The notes under the pieces: generated by a model
What the model was told of the DNA's origin: nothing
Seen by the model: only the letters and a program-made list of their open reading frames with translations
Databases searched by the model: none
Translations under genes and position numbers: made by a program
Part shown: one piece after another, positions 27,447 through 35,400 of the stretch
Layout of the letters: every line of letters begins with the position of its first letter
Numbering within the stretch: position 1 is the first letter of the stretch
DNA from: an uncultured bacterium
GTDB lineage: Bacteria; Fidelibacterota; Marinisomatia; Marinisomatales; JAHJCW01
Assembly (NCBI GenBank): GCA_965369995.1
Contig: CBDURO010000001.1
Coordinates: 10,260 to 74,259 of the forward strand
DNA length: 64,000 bases
Direction of reading: 5' to 3'

Positions 27447-29801
27447 ATGTTATCAAAAAAACAATTAATTACAGTTCCCATTTTATTAGTGTTATTGTGC
27501 ATCATTTTTTATCCGGTAATTTTCCAAGGAAAAATATTTAGCTCGCCTGATTCACTAAATCCAAAAGCTGCTGCAATCATTTTAAGTGAAACACAAAAGG
27601 AAATTGGCGAGTATCCTCTTTGGCAACCTTGGATTTTTAGCGGCATGCCGACAGCCGAGTCATTCACAAACACAAGCAACTTATATTTTTTACAATACGT
27701 TTTCCAATTACTGCATATTCCTACGATCATTATACATTTATTACATTTTTTATTTGCCGGTTTAGGAATGTATATATTATTGCGCTACCTTAAAATATCG
27801 CAAATTGTTGCGATAATTAGTGGAGCTGGCTTTATGTTGATGCCATATTTGGTAACAATGGAAGTATTTGGTCATGGCAGCCAAGCGATGACAGCAGCAT
27901 ACATACCTTGGGCGTTTTGGGCAGCTCTCAAATTATTTGATAAACAAAGGATTTTGGATGCCGGAATGTTGGCAATCATTCTTGGTCTGCAACTTCAGCG
28001 AGCTCATGTGCAAATTGCTTATTACACATGGATGTTAATAGGAGCTTTATTCTTATTTAAATTAATATTGTATCTTATAGACAAAGAACTTCGCAATAAA
28101 GCGATTAAAGGAAGCGTTCTATTCGTTGTCGCTATTATTTTAGCACTTGGTATTGCTGCATTAGTCTATTTACCGAGTTTACAGTATTCCTCTGAATCAA
28201 TTAGGTCAGTTGGCCAACCCGGTTCAGCAAGCTATGATTATGCTACAAGTTGGTCATTTCATCCCAAGGAAATTCTTACATTTTTCATTCCATCTGCATA
28301 TGGTTTTGGAGGTCAAACATATTGGGGCAAAATGCCTTTTACCGATTATCCGAATTATATGGGTATAGTTTTTTTATTATTAGCTGTGTTTGCTATAATA
28401 AAAAAACGAAATGCTGTTGTATGGTTTTTAGCAGGAACAACCCTAATTGCTCTGCTAATTTCATTTGGACGACATTTTGGTATTGTATATAATTTATTTT
28501 ACGATTTTATTCCATACTTCAGCAAATTTCGGATACCAAGTATGATATTAATTATCGTTCAGTTCAATACCGTAATATTAGCTTGCTTCGGATTAGAACA
28601 ACTTGTTGAACGTAATTGGAAAGACATACCAAAATGGTTTTGGTGGATTGCAGGTAGCGCAGGTTTTATTATATTGATGCTACTTTTTGGCAGCGGTTGG
28701 TTAAAAGAAATAGTCTCAAACGGTTTCACACAGCCTCGTACACAAGATTCACGTTTTGTTGAAGTGATAAATAATTTAAGATGGAAAATGTGGATTAAAG
28801 ATGCTTGGTTAATGATATTATTTACCATAGGGTTGCTTGCTGCTTTTTTCCTTTTTATGAAAGATAATATTTCTAAAGTTATATTCATTGTAATAATTGG
28901 CGCATTAGCGCTTATTGATTTAGGAATAGTCAATTATAAAATAGTACAACCCGAACCAAATTCTGGAAGAGTTTCCCAACTTGTTAGTAAAAAAGCTATT
29001 GAGAGATACTTTCAACACGATAAAATAACCAAGTTCTTAACTGAAGATGAAACAGCTTACCGAGTTTACCCCATTGGTACCCTATTTGGTGAATCAAGAT
29101 TACAAGCCTTTGGAATTCAATCGGTAGGTGGTTATCATCCGGCAAAATTGGCTATCTACAATAGATTCTTATCTAAAACAAATAATATAAGTACATTGCC
29201 GCTAATGCGAATGATGAATATCCGTTATATACTTAGTCCACAAGTGGTAAATCATCCCGATTTAGAGAAAGTATTTATTGACAAAATGCAAACCGGTTCA
29301 GGTAAAATTACGATATGGGTTTATCGCATTTCACACAGTATCCCGCGTGCTTGGTTCGTCGATAAAGTTGAAGTTGTTAACGAAAACGATTTATGGCAAA
29401 ATCTATTAAATGAATCGTTTGATCCTGCACAAATTGCGTTTATTAATGAACCGCTTACTGAAGTAATCACCAAAGGCGATAAAATCTTGGAATATGAATC
29501 ATCAATTCATCATATTAAGCTGAAAACCACCTCTCAAAATGCAGGATTTCTTGCAATAAGTGAAGTTCACTATCCATTAAGATGGAAAGCAAAGATTGAT
29601 GGTAAACCGATCAAAACATATGAAACAAATGGTATAATTCGCGGAATAGAAGTTCCTGTTGGAGAACATATAATTGAATTTGAGTATGATAAATCAGTGT
29701 TTCATAAAGGAATATTAATATCAATTTCATCATTTATCTTAGCAATTGGTATTATAGCATTTGGACTGATTAGGAATAAAAAGACTAATGAACTGGTATA
29801 A
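27447..29801 (+). CDS. YfhO-family polytopic membrane protein (GT-C-type glycosyltransferase candidate)
   Basis: 784 aa. Many N-terminal TM helices, a large C-terminal extracytoplasmic domain and a final TM anchor, which is the size and topology of YfhO proteins. Confidence 0.55.
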   Translation: MLSKKQLITVPILLVLLCIIFYPVIFQGKIFSSPDSLNPKAAAIILSETQKEIGEYPLWQPWIFSGMPTAESFTNTSNLYFLQYVFQLLHIPTIIIHLLHFLFAGLGMYILLRYLKISQIVAIISGAGFMLMPYLVTMEVFGHGSQAMTAAYIPWAFWAALKLFDKQRILDAGMLAIILGLQLQRAHVQIAYYTWMLIGALFLFKLILYLIDKELRNKAIKGSVLFVVAIILALGIAALVYLPSLQYSSESIRSVGQPGSASYDYATSWSFHPKEILTFFIPSAYGFGGQTYWGKMPFTDYPNYMGIVFLLLAVFAIIKKRNAVVWFLAGTTLIALLISFGRHFGIVYNLFYDFIPYFSKFRIPSMILIIVQFNTVILACFGLEQLVERNWKDIPKWFWWIAGSAGFIILMLLFGSGWLKEIVSNGFTQPRTQDSRFVEVINNLRWKMWIKDAWLMILFTIGLLAAFFLFMKDNISKVIFIVIIGALALIDLGIVNYKIVQPEPNSGRVSQLVSKKAIERYFQHDKITKFLTEDETAYRVYPIGTLFGESRLQAFGIQSVGGYHPAKLAIYNRFLSKTNNISTLPLMRMMNIRYILSPQVVNHPDLEKVFIDKMQTGSGKITIWVYRISHSIPRAWFVDKVEVVNENDLWQNLLNESFDPAQIAFINEPLTEVITKGDKILEYESSIHHIKLKTTSQNAGFLAISEVHYPLRWKAKIDGKPIKTYETNGIIRGIEVPVGEHIIEFEYDKSVFHKGILISISSFILAIGIIAFGLIRNKKTNELV

Positions 29802-30951
29802 ATATTCAGTAAATATAAAAGCCGGGTTATTTATTCTTGGAATATTTCTTGTTTCTGCATTTGTACTTTTTACACAGAAGATCGTAAGAGATCTACGAGA
29901 TGATAATCGAGAAATTGTGCAGTTATATGCTGAAATAATAGCCGGAGTTGCAACAAGCGAAAATGATGAAAATTTAAATTTCATATTTGAAAATATCATT
30001 CAAAAAGTACAATTTCCACTAATTCAATCTGATGCGGAAATGAAGCCGATATCTTGGAGAAATTTACCGGATAATGTCAATTCTGAAGCCGGAGCTTTAC
30101 GGTATCAAAAAACCATGGATCACCAAAATGATCCTATTCCACTTGTTTATAAAAATCCTGATTCGAATGAAACAATTATATTCGGTTATCTGCATTTTGG
30201 AGATTCACGACTAATCAATCGATTGATATGGTTACCTTATTTGCAAATCGGATTAGTTGGTTTATTTATATTATTGGGATTTATCGGTTTTTCGGTAATT
30301 AGGAATAGCGAGAAAAGACATATTTGGGCGGGAATGGCACGTGAAACGGCACATCAATTGGGTACGCCTGTATCAGCTTTATTAGGCTGGGTTGACTTAT
30401 TGAAAACTAATCCGAATCGTTCAAAATCTATAGTGAAAGATATGGACATGGATTTAGCTCGCTTGCAGGAGATAAGTAGTCGCTTTAGCGATATGGGTAC
30501 CGCACCTAAATTTGAAAAATTAGATTTAGTTGAATTAATACAATCAATAATAAAATATCTGCAACATCGAGTTTCTGGAGTTGAAATCCGATTGACTTTT
30601 GATGATTCAGTGCAATATACAGTTAACGGTAATAAAAAATTATTAAGTTGGGCGATTGAGAATCTTGTGAAAAACGGAATTGATGCATCAAAGAATGTTG
30701 GGGGGAAAATCAATATAAATTTAAAAAAAGAGAAAAACCGATTTATTATAGATATAATAGATTTTGGTATGGGGATTCCTAAGAGAGATTGGAAGAATAT
30801 TTTTAGACCAGGATTCAGTACAAAAAAATACGGTTGGGGGTTAGGGTTATCTTTGACAAAAAGAATTGTTATGGATTTCCATAAAGGTAAGATTTTTGTT
30901 AAAGAATCTGTGATTGATTCCGGTACAACGATAAGTATAATCCTTAGATAA
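29788..30951 (+). CDS. Sensor histidine kinase (two TM segments, HisKA + HATPase_c)
   Basis: 387 aa. H-box ARETAHQLGTPVSALLGW, N-box ENLVKNGIDA, and G-boxes DFGMGI and GWGLGL. The start overlaps the yfhO-like stop by 14 nt. Confidence 0.85.
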   Translation: MNWYKYSVNIKAGLFILGIFLVSAFVLFTQKIVRDLRDDNREIVQLYAEIIAGVATSENDENLNFIFENIIQKVQFPLIQSDAEMKPISWRNLPDNVNSEAGALRYQKTMDHQNDPIPLVYKNPDSNETIIFGYLHFGDSRLINRLIWLPYLQIGLVGLFILLGFIGFSVIRNSEKRHIWAGMARETAHQLGTPVSALLGWVDLLKTNPNRSKSIVKDMDMDLARLQEISSRFSDMGTAPKFEKLDLVELIQSIIKYLQHRVSGVEIRLTFDDSVQYTVNGNKKLLSWAIENLVKNGIDASKNVGGKININLKKEKNRFIIDIIDFGMGIPKRDWKNIFRPGFSTKKYGWGLGLSLTKRIVMDFHKGKIFVKESVIDSGTTISIILR

Positions 30952-30975
30952 GATTGTAGAATTACATCTTATCTA
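30945..30975. promoter_or_regulatory. Perfect 10-bp AT-rich palindrome spanning the kinase stop codon
   Basis: TAGATAAGAT (30945-30954) pairs with ATCTTATCTA (30966-30975) around an 11-nt loop. No T-run follows, so terminator function is doubtful. Confidence 0.3.
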
Positions 30976-31028
30976 ATCGTAAATTCCGCGCTAAATTTTA
31001 ACTAATATATACTAAATAGGATAATTAT

Positions 31029-32741
31029 ATGACAACTTCATTGATAGAACCACACGGTGGCGAATTATGTAATTTATTTGTTTCTGAGGAACGTCAAAAA
31101 GAGCTGAAGAGTTTATTAATTAATGACGAATCATGGACTCTGACAGATAGACAAGTTTGCGATTTAGAATTAATTCTAAATGGTGGTTTTTCTCCGTTGA
31201 AAGGATTTTTTAATAAAAAAGACTATGATTCTGTAGTAAAAAATATGCGTTTGGCTGATGAAACTTTGTGGCCAATGCCAATTACACTTGATATAACCCA
31301 AGAGATTTCTGATAAACTTTCGCAAGGCGATAAGTTAGTACTGCGTGATAAAGAAGGATTTCCATTAGCAATTTTGCATATTGAAGATATTTGGAAACCG
31401 GATTTAAAAGCAGAAGCTCAATCTGTTTTTGGTACAGTTGATGATACACATCCGGCAGTAAATTATCTTTTGAATTTTACTAACCCTGTATATGTTGGTG
31501 GCACTTTAGAAGGCATGACATCCCCAAAGCATTATGATTATCAAGGACTTAGGCATACACCATCGGAGTTGCGTGAACAATTTTCAAAACGTGGTTGGGA
31601 AAATATTGTAGCGTTTCAAACTAGAAATCCAATGCATCGTGCTCATGTTGAATTAACGATGCGCGCTGCCAATGAAATTGGTGCTAATGTGTTAATTCAT
31701 CCGGTTGTCGGTTTAACTAAACCTGGAGATGTTGATCATTATACTCGGGTTAGATGTTATGAAAAAGTACTGCCAAAATATCCGCATGGAACAGTATTAT
31801 TAAGCTTGCTTCCTTTAGCAATGAGGATGGGCGGTCCGAGAGAAGCATTATGGCATGCAATTATCCGTAAAAATTATGGCTGTAATTTCTTAATTGTTGG
31901 ACGTGACCATGCCGGTCCCGGAAATGATAAGGACGGAAACCCATTTTATGGTCCATATGATGCACAAGATTTGTTAAAAGAGCATGAGAATGAACTCGGA
32001 ATAAAAATGGTTCCATTTAAATTGATGGTTTATATGGTGGATCGTGCGGAATATCGTCCTAATGATGAAGTACCGGAAGACGCAAAAATTCTAAGTATAT
32101 CCGGTACAGAATTACGACGCAGATTAGATAAAGGTTTAGAGATTCCGGAATGGTTTTCATATCCGGAAGTTGTTGAAGAGCTTAGAGTAACTAGACCTTC
32201 ACTAAATAAACGGGGTTTCTCAGTCTTTTTTACCGGACTTTCCGGTTCCGGAAAGTCAACATTGGCAAATGGATTGATGGTAAAACTATTAGAAGATGGT
32301 AGACGACCGGTAACGTTATTGGATGGTGATATCGTTCGTACCCATCTATCTAGCGAGCTTGGCTTTTCAAAAGAACATCGTTCAATTAATATACAAAGGA
32401 TTGGTTATGTTGCGAGTGAAATAACCAAAAATTTTGGTATAGCAATCTGTGCTCCTATTGCTCCGTACAAAGCTGATCGACAAGTAGTAAGAAAAATTAT
32501 TTCACATTATGGTGGATTTATTGAAGTGTACGTAAATACATCTTTAGAAGTATGTGAAAGACGTGATGTAAAAGGGTTGTATGCCAAAGCACGTCAGGGT
32601 ATTGTGAAAGAGTTTACCGGAATCAGTGATCCATATGAAAAGCCGGAGAATGCCGAAATTGTTATTAATTCAGAGGATACTGATCCCGAAATATTAGTAC
32701 AGGATATTTTACTTAAAATTGAACAATTAGGTTATATCTAA
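31029..32741 (+). CDS. sat/cysC: Bifunctional sulfate adenylyltransferase / adenylylsulfate kinase (PAPS synthase; Sat N-terminal, CysC C-terminal)
   Basis: 570 aa. ATP-sulfurylase motifs QTRNPMHRAHVEL and VGRDHAGPG. The APS-kinase domain has an intact P-loop GLSGSGKST and LDGDIVR. Confidence 0.92.
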   Translation: MTTSLIEPHGGELCNLFVSEERQKELKSLLINDESWTLTDRQVCDLELILNGGFSPLKGFFNKKDYDSVVKNMRLADETLWPMPITLDITQEISDKLSQGDKLVLRDKEGFPLAILHIEDIWKPDLKAEAQSVFGTVDDTHPAVNYLLNFTNPVYVGGTLEGMTSPKHYDYQGLRHTPSELREQFSKRGWENIVAFQTRNPMHRAHVELTMRAANEIGANVLIHPVVGLTKPGDVDHYTRVRCYEKVLPKYPHGTVLLSLLPLAMRMGGPREALWHAIIRKNYGCNFLIVGRDHAGPGNDKDGNPFYGPYDAQDLLKEHENELGIKMVPFKLMVYMVDRAEYRPNDEVPEDAKILSISGTELRRRLDKGLEIPEWFSYPEVVEELRVTRPSLNKRGFSVFFTGLSGSGKSTLANGLMVKLLEDGRRPVTLLDGDIVRTHLSSELGFSKEHRSINIQRIGYVASEITKNFGIAICAPIAPYKADRQVVRKIISHYGGFIEVYVNTSLEVCERRDVKGLYAKARQGIVKEFTGISDPYEKPENAEIVINSEDTDPEILVQDILLKIEQLGYI

Positions 32742-32748
32742 AAGTATG

Positions 32749-32784
32749 AAAAACCCTCAAGGTTTAACAAACCTTGAGGGTTTT
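32749..32784. terminator. Bidirectional rho-independent terminator between convergent sat/cysC and mpg
   Basis: A-run, then CCCTCAAGG (32754-32762), a 9-nt loop, CCTTGAGGG (32772-32780) and a T-run. The last codons and stop of the minus-strand mpg gene lie inside the hairpin. Confidence 0.8.
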
Positions 32785-33458
32785 GTTATAATACAATAAT
32801 TTATTTCCGATTGATTCTTTCTTACTGTTAATGGATTGTTAGTACAATATTTAACATAATCGAAATCGATAAATCGATATAATAAATGTTCGTCGCGACC
32901 TGTTGGAATACCAAGTCTTTTAGCGTTAATGATTTTATTAGGTCGAATACTAACATCTTCAATGAAAAATTGATTTAAATCAAATTGTTTTTGATCCCAT
33001 TCTTTCACGGTTATACCTAACGATCTACAAAGCAATGTTTGTCCCGAACATAGCTTCATCGGTGAGCGAGGAGATCTTTCACTATTTGTCGGATTGTTTG
33101 ATTGCATAATTTTTGTCATATTTTCAGGACTCATGTTATCAAGATAAGGAATCCCTGATTTTATCAGAACGGCATTTCCTTTTCCTTTGCATGAAATATT
33201 TAATGAATCTTTCCCACGGGCATAGTACATATAAATTGTTCCAGGTGGCATAAATAATGCTCTTCGTTTGTGTGTGTATCCTAATGAAGCATGACTACCT
33301 TTTTCATTAATATAATATGCTTCAGTTTCAATTATTTGTGCTGAGAGCCAATTTTCACCGAATTTATTTCGGATGATTTTTCCTAACAAACTTTCTGCAA
33401 CTTTACTCGCATCACGATTAAAGAATGAAGTTTGTAATATATTTTGTTTCTTTGTCAT
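32757..33458 (-). CDS. mpg: DNA-3-methyladenine glycosylase (MPG/AAG family)
   Basis: 233 aa. IIETEAY, SHA, MPPGTIYMYYARG and LNISC motifs of the family. Confidence 0.85.
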   Translation of the reverse strand: MTKKQNILQTSFFNRDASKVAESLLGKIIRNKFGENWLSAQIIETEAYYINEKGSHASLGYTHKRRALFMPPGTIYMYYARGKDSLNISCKGKGNAVLIKSGIPYLDNMSPENMTKIMQSNNPTNSERSPRSPMKLCSGQTLLCRSLGITVKEWDQKQFDLNQFFIEDVSIRPNKIINAKRLGIPTGRDEHLLYRFIDFDYVKYCTNNPLTVRKNQSEINYCIITKPSRFVKP

Positions 33459-33539
33459 AAAAACAACATCTAATAATGTTGCCTTTGAGATTAAACTAAA
33501 AACAGGGTAATTTTCAATATTAATAAAAAGGAGAATAAC

Positions 33540-33875
33540 TTGGATATTATTTATGCATCAACTCAAGGAAATGGCGGTAGCGGAGGAATGCTTTCAATAT
33601 TGCCTTTTGTCTTGATAATGTTGATTTTATATTTTTTAATGATACGTCCGCAAGCCAAACGGCAAAAAGAAAAGAGGACAATGATGGAAGCCCTTAAAAA
33701 AGGAGATCGCATTGTAACGATTGGAGGTGTACACGGAACAGTTGTAGGATTAAAAAATCAAGGTAAAATCGTTGTAATAAAGGTTGACAAAAATACAAAT
33801 TTAACTGTTATTAAAAGTTCAATTGCTGGTTTAGCCGAATCAGTTACCGAAGAAGATACAAAGATTGAAGCTTAA
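33540..33875 (+). CDS. yajC: Preprotein translocase subunit YajC
   Basis: 111 aa. One TM segment (LPFVLIMLILYFLMIRPQAKRQKE) followed by KKGDRIVTIGGVHGTV. An AAGGAG sequence lies 6 nt upstream of the TTG start. Confidence 0.88.
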   Translation: MDIIYASTQGNGGSGGMLSILPFVLIMLILYFLMIRPQAKRQKEKRTMMEALKKGDRIVTIGGVHGTVVGLKNQGKIVVIKVDKNTNLTVIKSSIAGLAESVTEEDTKIEA

Positions 33876-33879
33876 ATAA

Positions 33880-34431
33880 ATGTCAATTTTTGAAATTGTA
33901 AAATATGGTGATCCGCGGTTGCGAAAAGTATGCAAAACAGTAAAAGATTTTTCTGTATTAACAGACATTGTCACCAATATGTACGATTCCATGTATGAAG
34001 CTGAAGGAATCGGTTTGGCGGCTAACCAAATTGGTATCGATCTAAATTTATTTATCATTGATATTACACACGCGGATGAGGTTACCAAATCAGCCGAATT
34101 TGTAAACGGTAAAATCGTTGATTCACATGGGGAATCAACAATTTCAGAAGGTTGTTTATCTATTCCAGGGGTGGAATTTGAAATTAAACGTCCGGAATTC
34201 ATTATTTTGCAATATCAAAAAATTGATGGTTCGAAACATGAGCAAGAATTTGACGGTTTATATGCAAGAGTTATTCAACATGAAATAGATCATCTAAATG
34301 GAAAATTGATTATTGACCATGTAAGTTCAATCGCGAAATTACGTTATAAGTCTCAGTTGAAAGAAATAAAGGAGAATGCGGATTATCACTATTCTGATCT
34401 ATTAGAACGTAGCGGTGCAACCCTATTATAA
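33880..34431 (+). CDS. def: Peptide deformylase
   Basis: 183 aa. GIGLAANQIG, EGCLSIPG and HEIDHLNG motifs. Confidence 0.96.
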   Translation: MSIFEIVKYGDPRLRKVCKTVKDFSVLTDIVTNMYDSMYEAEGIGLAANQIGIDLNLFIIDITHADEVTKSAEFVNGKIVDSHGESTISEGCLSIPGVEFEIKRPEFIILQYQKIDGSKHEQEFDGLYARVIQHEIDHLNGKLIIDHVSSIAKLRYKSQLKEIKENADYHYSDLLERSGATLL

Positions 34432-34467
34432 AATATTTTTATAGTGAGTTTTAAGGTTAGTTAAATC

Positions 34468-35400
34468 ATGCGTATTATTTTTATGGGTAATCCGGATTTT
34501 GCAGTACCAAGTCTGCAGCGTATTTCTAAATCGTCACATAAAATAATCGCTGTTGTTTCAAATCTGCCTAAACGGATTGGTCGAGGAAATAAAATAAAAG
34601 AAACTGTTGTCGGTATTGCCGCTAAAGCGATGGAGATCCCGTTGCTCCAACCTCCCAAATTAAATGATAAACAGTTCTTACAATACTTATCGTGGATGAA
34701 ACCGGATATTTTTGTGGTAGTTGCCTATAAAATATTATCTGACAGATTGCTTTCTATACCAAAATATGGGGCAATTAACTTACATCCATCACTATTACCA
34801 AAATATCGTGGTGCTGCACCGATTCAATGGTCACTTATTAACGGTGACTTACAGACTGCCGTAACAACAATTTTGCTATCTAAACAAATTGATTCCGGTG
34901 AAATATTATTGCAAGAAATTGTTGATATTGGTGATGAAGATAATTACGGAACGCTCGCTAGTCGGTTAAGTGAAATTGGAGCTGACTTAGTTATCAAAAC
35001 ACTTAATGGAATTGAAGAAGGTAATTTAAAAGGAACTTCTCAGGACGAATCTAAAGTTACCTTAGCACCTAAGATTAAATCTGATGATTATAAAATTAAT
35101 TGGACAAAACCGGCATTTGAAATTCACAATTTAATCCGAGCGTTTTCTCCAGCTCCGGGTGCCTTTACAACATTTAATAGTAAACGTATTAAGATTTTTT
35201 CCTCGTCAATGTTAAATAAATCATCAGATAATAACAAATGTGGAGAAATTGTAATTTATAGTAAAAATCAACTTGTAATACAAACCGGTAAAGGTTTGTT
35301 AGAAATTGGAGAAGTGCAACTTGAGGGTAAGAAACGAATGAAAGTTGAAGAATTTTTACGCGGTACAAAGTTACAATTCAAAATGATGCTTGGAGATTAA
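34468..35400 (+). CDS. fmt: Methionyl-tRNA formyltransferase
   Basis: 310 aa. MRIIFMG, INLHPSLLPKYRGAAPIQW, and the C-terminal beta-barrel domain. Confidence 0.95.
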   Translation: MRIIFMGNPDFAVPSLQRISKSSHKIIAVVSNLPKRIGRGNKIKETVVGIAAKAMEIPLLQPPKLNDKQFLQYLSWMKPDIFVVVAYKILSDRLLSIPKYGAINLHPSLLPKYRGAAPIQWSLINGDLQTAVTTILLSKQIDSGEILLQEIVDIGDEDNYGTLASRLSEIGADLVIKTLNGIEEGNLKGTSQDESKVTLAPKIKSDDYKINWTKPAFEIHNLIRAFSPAPGAFTTFNSKRIKIFSSSMLNKSSDNNKCGEIVIYSKNQLVIQTGKGLLEIGEVQLEGKKRMKVEEFLRGTKLQFKMMLGD

